Source: Tubiluchus corallicola (taxonomy: Eukaryota > Animalia > Priapulida). Taken from it: a stretch of 64,000 nt of DNA. The translations under genes and the position numbers were made by a program. The notes below the pieces were generated by a model that was not told the origin of the DNA, did not search any database, and saw nothing but the letters and a program-made list of their open reading frames with translations. Every line of letters begins with the position of its first letter. The stretch's first letter is position 1. Positions 1-13,600 of the stretch are shown piece after piece. The DNA lies in the NCBI GenBank assembly GCA_030141605.1, contig JAQGDQ010000099.1:203194-267193 (forward strand), read 5' to 3'.

Positions 1-615
1 GATTAAGAAAGTTTATTTAAGTGATTTTGTTAGCACTACTGCAACTGTGCCAATACATTATGTATGTATGAATGCCCATACACAAAAATGTTTGAATATA
101 TATATATATATACTGGTAAAGCAATTTCTGCTTATCTTGGTCATGGAAAATCAATATTTGGTCAAGGAAAAGTCGGGTAAATTTATTTTAAAATTCTGTG
201 GGAACCCGCTTTTCATAAATGCTGCCCCTGCCCCTGAAAGTATGGGATATGATTGACAAAATTTATCAAATGTTTTCAAATATACTTGAGTCTGTAATGT
301 GGACCACTTGAATATATTCTTAAAAGTGATATGAATAATATTATTACTACTAATCCTGTTAGTCCCAAGGCCCTTCTTTCCTTATCTTTCTGACTGGTGA
401 ACATACATAAAATACATCTGACATTCAAACGTCCAGTGTGTTACGGGCTTGACTATAACACTGACACCAACTGTACGTAAAAAAGTTTCTTGAATATACT
501 AAGCTTTCATTTAGCCTGACACAAGGCTTCTTGACCTAATGAGACGAGTACTTTTCTGTTTTCAATGTTCTATAGAAATTAACTAAGAGCATCTATACAT
601 TTTCACTGACAAGGC

Positions 616-2013
616 CTACTGTCGATACCAGTCAAAACATGATAAAATTGCTATAATACCAAAACCTGTAAAGATCATGATCACCTTTGCTAATCCCGAA
701 AACGCATTTTCCATTTCTTTGTGTATCACTTCGAAAAACGTCACGTAAATGAACGTCCCGGTTGTGAGTCCCTCAAGAACAACCACAGCCATGTCATTGA
801 CGTTGATGCCCGTTTCCGTGAGCACAATGCCGATGATGGCCCCCAAAATGGTCATCCCGGAGAAAATAAGGATGAAAACAATGATCTGCCGGACTGAGTA
901 ATAAGTGTGAAGGAACTGCATACCCATGCTAAAACTGATGACTGACTTGTGGATTATGACAGCAGTGAACAACCCCAAAACACCACTATCGGAGTCCATT
1001 ATGCCCATGGCTAGACCTTCGAAGACAGTGTGTAATGACAGTGACAGCAGCAGGGTGAGCACACGAAGTTTCTCCTTGGCATGACTGTTGCACATCTCGT
1101 CAACTGTGTGTTGAGAAAAGACTTCTGTGGAATGCCGAAGCACACCAGAGTGGCCCGATTCAACAAAGCGTACATCGATTGCACCATACGTTTTAACATG
1201 ATCACCATGATCAACTGCACAGTGTGTTTTAGAATCAGCACCTTGAGTTTTAATGTGATCGTCAACAGCTTTGGCATGATCACCGTCAACGTAACTGCTA
1301 GCACCATCACAAGTTTTACCATGTTCGGCCAAAGCACCACAATGATTAACATTACTAAACTGATGTGGTGAAGGCACATCTAATGTTAACTCGCCTGTTT
1401 CGGGTGGGTTGCACGAACGACAATTTCTGTTCGAGCACGTCTCCTGATTTTCAGCACATGGTATACATTCATCGCACCATTTGCACTCCTCTAGGTGAAT
1501 CTCTGCAATGTCCTCTTCGCATTTGGTACATGAGGCGTGAGACAAGTAGGACCTGTCACTGCAGAGAAGTGGGTGGTTTTCCTCAACAGTCTTGCTGGAT
1601 GTATGACGCGACCTAGGGGCGGGATTGCCACTCAGTAAGCTGTGTCCGTGACGGCGTCCGTATATGGCAAGTACGATTTCCTCCATAAAGAACACAAGGA
1701 AGAACCCTATGCCAAGGATAAACTCTGGCAGCGGGTACTCCAGCAAAATTTCATTTGAATCCACCTCATTTGTTTCATTTGAACGCATTCCGTCAAATGC
1801 TGCAAACATGTTAGTTCTCACCTCTGGCAGCATGTGCAGTAGACTGGTACCCAGGAAAATACCACCAGCCAAGCAGTTCATGTAACAAATTGCAATTCTC
1901 GCGTGGTGTTTGCCAGCGAGCTCTACAATTTTAATCGGAAGTAATCCGCACAGCACTGCAGCTAGAAATATCGCACCACTCGAAAGGATTTTCACTGCTA
2001 AGAGCTTCATCAT
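616..2013 (-). CDS. ZIP zinc/iron transporter, subfamily II (SLC39A1/2/3-like), 465 aa, single coding exon
   Basis: Complete ORF with a 3+5 arrangement of hydrophobic segments. Motifs: CLAGGIFLGTSLLHMLPE (TM2), YPLPEF (before TM3), LSLSLHTVFEGLAMG (TM4), HKSVISFSMG (TM5), GTFIYVTFFEVI (TM7). A long His/Cys-rich loop lies between TM3 and TM4. An acceptor-like TTTTTTGTTACAG at 2027-2039 (minus) suggests a 5' UTR intron. Confidence 0.95.
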   Translation of the reverse strand: MMKLLAVKILSSGAIFLAAVLCGLLPIKIVELAGKHHARIAICYMNCLAGGIFLGTSLLHMLPEVRTNMFAAFDGMRSNETNEVDSNEILLEYPLPEFILGIGFFLVFFMEEIVLAIYGRRHGHSLLSGNPAPRSRHTSSKTVEENHPLLCSDRSYLSHASCTKCEEDIAEIHLEECKWCDECIPCAENQETCSNRNCRSCNPPETGELTLDVPSPHQFSNVNHCGALAEHGKTCDGASSYVDGDHAKAVDDHIKTQGADSKTHCAVDHGDHVKTYGAIDVRFVESGHSGVLRHSTEVFSQHTVDEMCNSHAKEKLRVLTLLLSLSLHTVFEGLAMGIMDSDSGVLGLFTAVIIHKSVISFSMGMQFLHTYYSVRQIIVFILIFSGMTILGAIIGIVLTETGINVNDMAVVVLEGLTTGTFIYVTFFEVIHKEMENAFSGLAKVIMIFTGFGIIAILSCFDWYRQ

Positions 2014-5000
2014 GCTAATAAAATAACTGTAACAAAAAATAGATCAGCCAAATGAGATAGCTAAAGTACGGATATGGCCTCCCCGGCGCAAATCATCTAA
2101 GAATCGCAAAAAAAATCACAAAACGAAGGGCACCACATAAATCAACTTGTGAAAAGAACTACAACCTATGACTGATTCAGAAAATGCAGGAAAACATGTA
2201 GCTACACTGGTGCAGCTGTTTCACAAACAGTTACACTTATAATTGACCTAAAAACTGCAGAAAGGGCTGCACCAGTAGTTGTCTAGAAGATGCAGAGGAA
2301 CATTGGCACAGTTGAAAGTATGACATAATGAGTGCAGTTATGTCACACGTCGCAAACGCTAGACATCCAAATGCTAAAGACATAAACAACCTATTATTAT
2401 CCAAAACATAACATCATAACTAATAACTATTATGATAAATTGTGCAAAATAAACAGATATTTTAATAACATCCAAATTCTGATTATAAATAATACCTGTA
2501 CAAATTTTCGAAAAGTTGCAATATAATAGAAGATCGTAATAAAAGCGCCTAAAATACAGAATCACGTATTTACAGACCTACTATAAGTACCAAAGCTATT
2601 TTTAAAGCGAATAATAATTAACAGAACTTTTTTATTAACTTCTAAACCGAAGCGTGACCTTTTGCTTCGTTTTACTTACATGTCACAGGCACTTATCTTC
2701 TAATTTCAAATCAGAAGGCACATTGTAATGGCGTTCCTAACCGTTTGCCAACGATGGATGAATAACGGCGAAGTAGACTAAAACATGTCCTAGTTCAGGC
2801 ATGCTATGTCAACAGATTTTAACATACACGTGATAAAGCTTAAATTTGTGTTCACGAGCTGCATAAAAACATCAATTTATTGGACTACATGTATCACTTA
2901 GTGCAGAGAGGCACGAGAAATTGATAACTAAAGGCAGAGCGTAATATTAAAAATAATAATGTTTACAGAGCGCAACCGTCTAGAGTCCAAAATAAGGTAA
3001 TAAACGCCACACATTTCCCAGACCGTATTCTATTTCTTTGTAACTAGGACAGTGGACTTGAAATTCGCAGACTGCTGCGTGCTGCACCCTGTTAACGAAA
3101 TTCTCAACATTCCAAGCATCTAGCCAATTTATTTTTCGGAACTCGGTTCGGAACATGGTTCTGTTTTTTATTTGCAGTGAGCTCTGGTAAAAATTATTAT
3201 AATAGTTATAGATGAAGATGATAATGGTGACAATGGATCATAGTAACCATGAAAAACGGCCTACAGGAGACGAGTTGGAGAATAATTGCGATCTCAACAG
3301 CGACAATGAGGATGATAGTAATGATGATGAAAACAAAAAAGAAGAAGAAGAAAAAGATAACGTGGATGATGATGACGGTTGTGGTGGTGATGGTGGTTGT
3401 GCTAAATACAGACATTAGCACGGTGCTTAAACATAATCAGCAATAAATTCACAATTAAAGACTTTTGTTACAATATGATAAGCTAAACTGACAAATAGGC
3501 CTAACTAATTAATTTTTTAGTTTGCTAAGAGTTCAATTATTACAAAAGCTCTATAGTAAAATATACAGTTTGAACTCAGGCCGTTGTAAACTTATTATAT
3601 ATACAGAAAGTGTTAAAGCTGTTATAATTATTAGTCTTTAGACGTTGACAAGTAGGATACTTGTTTATATAAATCGCCCGCATTATATAAATGTAAATGA
3701 CCACCCGAAGTAGAGGCCATAATGAAAAGGTAAAGAGTTATATTATAAATGACTTAAAATGTGAGAGAGCTCTCCTGAGACTTGTCATCTTAGATATATA
3801 AAAATCGTAATGCCCTTCAGAAGCTAATTATTTCAGAAGCTTTCACGCTATTTTAGCTGGTGATGCCGGCTAGGTTGAAAGCTGCTGAAATAGTACATCC
3901 TCATTGAGACTGTAAAGGGCATTACGCTTTTTTTAAATTTGTATTAAAGGTATATAAATTGGATACATGTTCAAAGAAACAAGAGCTCACAAACTAGAGT
4001 ATTATTACAGCGCTAATGACAGCAGCAAGTATCGGTTGATGTTCTTCTGGAATGACAGTCTTCATCATTTATTATTTGAATGTACATTAGTAAACCAAGC
4101 CAAAAGACATGATTTTATTAGCACACTGCCTACGTTAGATTCGGACTATGTTTTCTCTAGCCAAGATTATAATGCTATAAATGCTTTTGCAAATCACATC
4201 TCGGATGAATTCCTATCGCCTTTCGCCCGTATATAAATAGTTTTTTGGTGATGAAATTTTACAACTCTCTTCGTGTTTTCTATATGCTGTTTTGCTTTTA
4301 TTTATGATTATGTGAATTTGCATTAGAATTGGTAATTATGTTTATTATAATTGTACTCGCTGTTTTTTCATTGTGTATAATACTTGTAGATTTTGTTACT
4401 ATATATTTAAATATGTTCGTTATCTTTTATTATGTATGTATGTAGTGTTGGATTATAATTTGTAATTATGTCTATTGTATATGATCGTTGGCGTTCATTG
4501 TGTCTCATGCGTTAGATTCTAAATTATATATATGTGAATAGGTTTAATACATTGTAAATGCTTTTAGAAATTTTAAACATATCCCTACAAATAGAGTTAA
4601 TGTTTTTAAAAATAAAGAAATATGATAATAAAAAAATCTGGAACGAAGTGATGTTTTCAGGGAAACAGAATCCTGATATAGTCGATTTTCCACAGATAAG
4701 AAGTTCGAGGTACAAACTGAATTTGTAAGCAATTGTTCTGCATCTAGATATGTCTAGCGTCTATGAGATGAGAGGATAAATGCGTATTAACTCGAAGTTG
4801 GTATAAACTCCTAGGTGATAAACTGTTGGCGTTTGAGCATCTGCAAATAGAGGTCCTTAAAACATTTTCCTTGGAAGTGGCAATAAATGAGACATACATA
4901 GGACACACATTTGCAAAATCTGACTGCATTGACTTGTCTGTGACAGATTTTTGCTCATCTCGATAAATACTATTTTACCAACTTTGTCGCACACCGACCT

Positions 5001-5269
5001 TTATTTAAGCGTGCTTAATTTTCTGTCTCAGACATACTCATCTTACTCTTGTCCTGGGGCTAGGAACAAAAATCTATCTGAGACAAAACCAGACCAAACC
5101 AATAAAAATAATCGTTTTGGTCACGTATCAGTAGATAATTGTTTACTTCATACAAAAGTTGCTGTGTTGCTGCCTGAGATCATTTGCGCCGTACAATTAG
5201 TTGCCGACAGATTTTATGTACGACTAGTATTAATAAAGCAACTGATCTTTGAGATGCAATCGACTAGTT

Positions 5270-5510
5270 ACCCGTCTACCTACCTACCGACCTACTTGTG
5301 TGCCTACCAACCTGTACTATATCTATCTCACCATCTATCTATTTACGTATCTTTATACCTACCTACCTACTTTCCTACCTGCCTACCTATCTACCTACCT
5401 GCCTCCGATCATATGTTCTATACCTAACTATCTATCTATCTACCCATCTTTCTACCTATCTAGTTTCCTACCTACATACCTCCTACCTGTCTATTATCCA
5501 TTACCTATAT
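5270..5510. repeat. Degenerate (TACC/TATC)n microsatellite
   Basis: Visible tetranucleotide runs that generate the PTYL-type spurious ORFs. Confidence 0.85.
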
Positions 5511-7384
5511 GCAGATTATAATATTATTTTATTTCGACAGCTAGGTCATAAATTACATAAAAATACGCACACAATTACATTTACAATTATAATTACCAAA
5601 AGCATCTAAAACTACAATCACTATTAAATAATAAAATACTACAATTACAGATATAAAAACACATATGCCTGTCTGCCTATACGCATACCTATCTGATGCC
5701 TGTCTACCTATTTAACTAACCTACCTAACTGGCTACTTTATCGAGGGAATAGAATGGAAAAGCGGTGAAAGAGATTTCTTGCATGCCATTGCGCAGCTGA
5801 ACACACACTGCAAGCCGCATCCAATATTCATCAGTTGTGGCTAGACTCGAATCTAGCTCATTAATAAGGTTATGTCTCTAAAATGAGACACTGGACCGTC
5901 AGAGGTGTATTTGCCTTACTGCGTCGGTGCACATTCTCCTTCTACGACGAAAAAATCTTTAATAAGTTCGGCAAATAAGCATTTCTACAAACAAGAATTG
6001 GACATGGCGATCACTCCACCACACTGACCAGCCTCTGCCTTCCACAATACTTAACTTTGGTCATTAAACGCATACTATACCATTTAGCTATCATCCTCGT
6101 CTACATATTATAAAAAGTTTATAAGAACTTTCACTTGCTTACAAAAAGAAAAGTGTTTAATCTCACAAATCCTAGGTAGGAGGGCTTAATGCAAATGACA
6201 GTACAGGTGTAGAATTTCGCAGCTAGATTTTAGATTTTTTAGATTTTATTGGCATACAAAAACATAACAACACAACATAATAAGCATAACAACATCTAGT
6301 GAGATGTATGGGTAGCCATAACAAAAAATACAAATTAATATAATAAAATAACGAGTGCAACATATAACAAAATTTAAAATAGGTTCTGATGACATAATAA
6401 TTTAATTTAAGCTTGACTAAAAGTAATTGATGTTGTTGATAAATAATATGCTTTCTAGAGGTAATAAATAATTGTAAATATACTATTTTGTGTAAAAGGA
6501 TACGTGCTTAAATTTATATTTCTAGTATTAAAGCCCTCGAATACAAATTTACAAAGGAAAGCTACAATTTCGATATCATTAGATCCTACAAAGAATACAC
6601 ATTTGTTTTCGTTTGACGTATTATAGAAGTTCGGGCATAAGTAAGTGAAAAGGGCAGGCCGTAGGTGGTTATGTTTTGTGCATTGTAGTAACAAAATGTC
6701 GCTTCGTATTCTATTTCATCTAGATTGTTACATGCAATTGAAACGCGCGTGCTTTCGCTCAATAACCTGTAATTTTTAAAATGCGTTGAACAGTTTTCGT
6801 CTGCCGTTATTGAGACGGCTCTATTATTAACACATACTCGCTTGGTCATAAAGCATAAGTTGACAGAGCTGACACCAACGCATAAGAATTCCTCCCGATA
6901 TCATTATTGTCTATTTTCGTCTTCCGTACATGCTTCCAGCACGCGCGTCTCACATAACGCCCACAATCGCGCAGGTGTGCGAGTTACCTGACTCACTTCG
7001 CCTCCCAGGCAGCCCTGAGACGCCCGCTGTGTAAGAATTTTTTGTCACTTTATGAGTCTGATTGCGGAATTAAGTTTATTTCCGGCACATTTTCTGCAAG
7101 GAATTTCTCCCACCACTGGCAGCCATTACCGTTCGCTTTGTTGCGTTCCCTTCCGGGTAGGCCCACGGGTCCAGTTATAAACTGAAAATACCTCCTGTCG
7201 TTATAAATAAATGCGTGCCGAAGGCAGCCGATTTGTCCCCAAAAGCGCTTATCAATGGTTTACAGGAACAGTAAAGGAAGCTACTATTGTATGGGGTGGA
7301 CTTACTCCTGTTGTGCTGTCCTACATTTTTCAAATTATTAGTATTTCCTCTGCCGAGCACCTAGTTAACACAATCAGAAAACCT

Positions 7385-7780
7385 TTTTCTTTTTCTTTAT
7401 GTATTTCGGTTGTAGCCTGTCTGAGCCCAGGCTGCTTTTCTAATCTTTTCTCTACTTTCGCTTTTCCTTCTTTCCTCTGCGCTTACTTTTCTTTCTCTTC
7501 TCTCCACTCTCCGACGTTCCTCTCGTTTTTTCTCTTCTCATGTTTTCATTTCTTTTCCTTCCTTTCTTTTCTTTTCGTTTCTCGTTCTTTCTTTCTTTTC
7601 CTTTCATTTCCTTTTCTTTTATTTTCTTTTCTTTTTTTTTGTATTTTTGCTTTGCTTTGCTTTCTTTTCCTTTTCACGCCTTTTCTTTCCCAGGACAGAA
7701 TTTCTTGGTTTTTCTTTTCTTTTTTCATCGTTTCTTACCTTGCCATCCCATTCAATTTCTTATTCTTCCCCTTCTTTTCT
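7385..7780. repeat. T/C-rich low-complexity tract
   Basis: About 400 bp that are mostly pyrimidine on the plus strand. Confidence 0.8.
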
Positions 7781-9769
7781 GTCCCACTCATTCATTCGCA
7801 ATCAGCCCTTGCATTTAACTTGTAATTATATATTGAAGGTGAAAATAGATAATCCTTCTCTGCTTTCATTGGTAAAATTTTGGTATCATGTAGCGACACC
7901 TAATATTAAAAACGTTTGTATCCTCAAGCAAAAGTAAAATAAATATGGCGGATGTTTCACGTCTGAACCAAAAAGAACCAATTAAACCTGCGATCAACAA
8001 CAAATCTACGTAATGTGAAGGGAGTCAACTATCAAAATGAGAAAACTTTTAAGGTTTAAAGTCACTTTTGTCGGTTTCAATTTAGCAATTTCCGTGTTAC
8101 AGTGGAGTATCATATTATATTAGAATGACCCTTTGTGAATTGTGATTATTCTCAGAATAAATTTTTAAAGATGTTTGGTCTATGTTACTAAGTTTCCAGA
8201 GAAGACCATAACAAAGGATATAACTGCATTTAGTAATATGGACTTAAGTGTAATGCATTTTAATAATATTATAGTTTCTTTCTGAGCTAAATTATTTGTT
8301 AAATTTAGGAAATTTGTATTAAAATGTGTGTTGCCATGGCAACAGAGCTCTAAATTTTCGCACAGGCAGTGTTAATGTTTAATACAGCCATACACAAGCA
8401 TTTAATAAGTCATAACAAATGGCATTAATTTTAATATCTACAATCACCGGCGGTGCCGACTTAAACCTGTTAACAATTTTATCGAGTTTCTTTTTTCTGA
8501 AAGTGCGCATTTCCTGCTTGTCTGTCTGGTTTAGTCAGACGCGTCAGACACGTTTAATTATATATGCGCTCGAGTCGATCATGAAATTTTTATTTACATT
8601 TCTAAAACTGAGTAAATATTTTCTTAGCCACTCGTGTGGTGCGTTTACCCTGTGTCTGTCATTCGCCTGACCTTCAGAATACGTTTTGTTTCGTCTTGAC
8701 TGCTACTTAGGGCTATTTTTAATCAAAATTTACATAATGGCAAACTTATAGTTTCTAGACAGGATGTGTCCAGCGAGATTGGCTAGATCCCAGTCAAGCT
8801 ACCTCCAACGATGGAGCACCAAATTCTGCATGAATCTGCAATAACAGTAGCCTACAAACAGATCAGGGTAATTATTAATTATTTTATAATATTGAATTCA
8901 GAGATTAATTATTTATAATTCTAATTTCAAGATTAGTTATAAATGATCTTAATAAATTTTCTATCGGTTCACTACAATGATTTTATGATTATACAATTTT
9001 TGAAAATAGCTTGACCAAAAAAGAAGTTTAAAGCCGGCAACCAGCTCGGACTTGAAATAGCGGCCTTAGGATTACAAGCTTATTGACCTTGAAAGAAAAC
9101 AAGTATTCAACTTATTCTGGTCGTCCTACATATATTATTTTAATACGATTTCCATAATAAAATATCTACGTTGAAACTAATAGACCTAAACTAAATCAGA
9201 CCACTGAGAAGTCCTGCCAAGTATGAACTATACAACCATGTATATCATTTATTATTTTGTTCTCTATGACTAACTGAATGTCTAACTCGAATGGCTTTGA
9301 CTACATTGCATTTAGTTAGACGCCAATAAAAACAAAATGGAGACCTATAGACTTCATTTGGCAACAGTGAAACAATTTTATTGCAATTAAGCTTAAAACA
9401 CATTCTTGTCTGGCAACAATATTCAAACGTAAGCTCTTAAATAAAACTTGGGAAACTAATAGACCTGTTTTCAACTTTTGATACCCCGATGATCTAGGCT
9501 TAACGCCCTTCAACGGCATCATCTTTTTTACACAATCGTATCAGTTTATTAATAATATCACGGTACAAAAATAAATATGGAATGAAATTTATTATTCTCT
9601 GTATTCCGTCGTAATAAGCCATATTCTGCTGCGTATGCATGTAGAAAATGCAGAGACTTCAAACTATGAATCATGTAACAAAATAATCAAACGCATGCCA
9701 GTGCAGTTTGGCGGTGCGTGTGATTTATAAAATAACAAAACTACTTACGTGAGCTACTGCTCTGGCAGT

Positions 9770-10475
<706 letters not shown>

Positions 10476-11268
10476 GTGCTTAGCACCACTATTTTATAGA
10501 TCTATTTTATAGATATAGACCCATATAGATGCCATCAGCGTGGTGGTACTGAGGCCACTACTACTATGAAAAACTGTCCTACAAACTGCAAAATAAAGAC
10601 TAAAGAGCACTATATGCACTGAAAGTTTTAACTTCCTAAAAATTACATCAATTATTTTATTGCCCTGGGAACTTTTTGGAATTTGATGTGCGTGTTTCAA
10701 TGTTTTACATCTTCCTGACAGTCTCTTGAGCAATTTTTCTTTTCTGTATCTTAGATACATCAATTTTTTCAATGCCTTTTCAATAAAAACTTCTAAAGCA
10801 CATGTCCCCCAACCAACAAAAACCATGCCGACGGCGTGCGCCAGCTTTAATCATCAAGTTCTAGATTGGGGTTAACTTGAAGAGTTTTTGGGAACTCTAA
10901 CCTGTTTGTGGGATTTCATTAATTTCACTCTGTTTACCTAAATTCCTGAGCAGACGTGACCGCATCCACGGTACAAAAACGTCACCTTTACGTCCGATTT
11001 ACACAGGCAAACCTAAACCTATTACTTTAGTCCAGCATCCATGCACTGAATAATTGGAATACAGTACTTAAAACAATGGCCAAATAAACAATGCTCTTTT
11101 TCAACTAATAGGTTAAAATAACAAATTTATTAAACAAATTTATATTACAAAGTTTAAATTAAATTATTTTATTAAACAAATTAAAATAAATAGGCTTGAT
11201 GCGTTTTGTCTAGCAACAGTCTACGTCAGCAAAAGACAATTATTTCAGTTAAGCCACCAACGGACTAG

Positions 11269-11448
11269 GACTGGAAAGAAAGTTCCCTGCTGATCACCAT
11301 AGCAGCGGAGGGGAAGGAAGTTCCCTGCTGGTCACCAAGCAACTGGGAAGAAAGTTCCCTGCTGATCACCACAGCAACAGACTGGAAAGAAAGTTACCTG
11401 CTTGTCGCCATGGCAACGAGCTGATCACCATGGCAACGCACTGGGAAC
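11269..11448. promoter_or_regulatory. Tandem ~33-40 bp repeat carrying kappaB-like and RFX X-box-like motifs
   Basis: Four units of GGAAAGAAAGTTCCCTGCTGATCACCATAGCAAC-like sequence plus a partial fifth. They include GGGAACTTCC on the minus strand and GTCGCCATGGCAAC. Confidence 0.5.
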
Positions 11449-12642
11449 GCACTTTTAAGCTAGTTATTATGTCAACGACAGAAATAGAAATGATGTCACC
11501 CTCCAGCTGGATACCATGACAACCAATCTGAGTATATAAGGAGGTGCAGAACAAGAGCTCAATACTTACCTCTGCTGCTATACAAAGCGCCAAATTCTCT
11601 GTGTTGTTGATGTTATTACGCTTGTTGCCATATGTTATGTGAATTGTCTCTATATGATCAAACTTCAACTGTTGGATATGACGTCGCGTGCTTTATTATG
11701 CTTATTTTAGATGAAAAAACTGAATTGACAAGCAGAAGCAGTGAAAGGAATATCCAAGGACACCGGGAACACTTACAGTTTACATGATAGCTCTAGAATT
11801 CGTGATGTAACGTAGTCGAATTACTCGGATATTTTGAAACTGTTCACCGAGCTACTAGTCTTTTTTTTGCCTCGTGGATGAAATTATTATTTTTTAAATA
11901 TAGTGTTTGCATTAGATGCATAAACACAAACATTGCAGAATATTGCATATTTGATTTGTTTCAAATAAAATTAGTTATAAAAAGTCACTAAACATGTTTT
12001 GATTTAGTTATTTGTTGAAGCGGTTCATAATCTAAAGTAGAAGTAAACAAAGTCCACAGAGTACAGAAGCGGTGTACCAGAATAAATTATTATCAATGTC
12101 GTTTTAGTCTTATTCCGATCAGTATTATTCGATAGGGCTTAAACTTTTGAAAACGAGTGAACACTTATCTTTCTGCAGCCCCTGAAGTCCCCTAACTGTT
12201 ACACGTGCTCACCGTGCAAGCAATAAGTGCATAATGAAGTGTGGAGGCTTAGCACTGGCCCTGGGCCTCCAGTGAGCTCGCCATTCAGTGTTCATTCAAC
12301 TTTTCATCACGCCTCTGCTGGCTCCGCCCACAAATCACGTGAGTCTACTACAACGTAGTAAAACAGCGCGCCACGGCTGAGGCCTGTTTACTGATAGACT
12401 GCCTCGATACGTTCAACACCATGCGACATGACTGCCTCAACGAGACAAAACCGTAAATCTTTCCAGAACTTTCTGATTTCCGAAAATGCACTGCTCATTT
12501 CACGCATTGGTTCTGAGAATAAAAGCGTCTAAGTGAAGTCAAAATCGAATTAAAATTGAAAACTGCAACTCAATGCACATTCTGGGGCACGAGCCACTTT
12601 CAGTTAGCAGCAACAGTGCAGCTACATCCGACTAAATACGGC

Positions 12643-12691
12643 ATGATTTTGCTGGTTACGATATTATTAGTGAGTCTACACTATGTACTAG
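12643..12691 (+). CDS. FST: Follistatin exon 1, signal peptide MILLVTILLVSLHYVLG
   Basis: ATG followed by a hydrophobic run and a strong phase-1 donor G|GTAAGT that joins in frame to exon 2. An in-frame TAA lies upstream at 12520. Confidence 0.75.
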
Positions 12692-13492
12692 GTAAGTAGA
12701 CCACGTGATTTTTTTTTAGTAGTGTTTAAAAGATCTTTAATTAAATCAGTCTGTTATAATTTTTTAGATTAGATTTATTTATTCTGCAGCATTACGTCAG
12801 GGCTTTACTAGGGACGCTAACAGAACATATTATAAGCACCCAGTAAAGTTTTTGTCACTGTGAACTTTAGAAAGTTCAGGCAAAAAGTTGTGCTCTTATA
12901 AAAGCAGCTTCGCGCGCAGAATTTATCCAAGGCAGTGCTGGGTTGCGTTTGTTTGCCTTTTCTAGGGCATCGTAAACTGCGCAGTACACAGTGTGCTTCT
13001 ATTCTGTTGTTCTGACACAGGAACATGCTATTTTGGCTTCAACAATTATGACCTCAGATATCCAATTATTAAAATTCAATTTAGTTGATATTAAAGAGTA
13101 GCGTAATTCTTCGTTTTTACTGAAACGTAGGCGGCGTAGATGGCGCCACAGTATATTGCAATTGGAGTCTGTCTGCCGCTAAACGGAATATATCAGTAGC
13201 TCGGCTCTATACTTGATTAGCCTTGGTAGTTAATTGTAAGTTTGTAACATCAAAAACTATAGTATAAATCAACCTCACCATCACTAGCTCTTGATTTTTT
13301 TCCTTTTTGCATTGGTGATCTAGCTAAAATTAGTATTGTAGTTTCAATTTGATTCTACTTGGGCAATTCGAGTAAAACTACTCTGAAACTGTTTATTATA
13401 AGTTGATTACTTGCTATAGTTATTGCAGTTTAATGCTTATGCAGATCACTTCTGCCTGCCAGTAGAAGCATGTTGTAACATAAATAATGATT

Positions 13493-13493
13493 T

Positions 13494-13538
<45 letters not shown>

Positions 13539-13547
13539 GTCATCATT

Positions 13548-13600
<53 letters not shown>
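13493..13600. repeat. (ATC)n microsatellite
   Basis: Direct observation. Confidence 0.95.

Noticed and set aside
1011-1885. Alternative-frame and antisense ORFs overlapping the ZIP CDS
   Set aside because: Shadow ORFs of the real coding sequence.
3206-3446. Acidic/low-complexity ORFs
   Set aside because: Degenerate GAT/GAA trinucleotide sequence with no convincing splice context.
3800-3933. Short inverted repeat AAAAATCGTAATGCCCTT / AAGGGCATTACGCTTTTT as a possible MITE
   Set aside because: Single copy in the window with no clear TSD, so there is too little to classify it.
7211-7937. 204-aa Phe-rich hydrophobic ORF and overlapping ORFs
   Set aside because: Low-complexity pyrimidine tract that lacks stops for compositional reasons, with no recognisable domain.
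8330-8343. Perfect X-box palindrome GTTGCCATGGCAAC
   Set aside because: Isolated, far from any supported TSS, and possibly part of a repeat. Function cannot be supported.
11562-11571. ATACTTACCT, matching the U1 snRNA 5' end
   Set aside because: The following sequence does not resemble U1. It is better read as a minus-strand splice donor.
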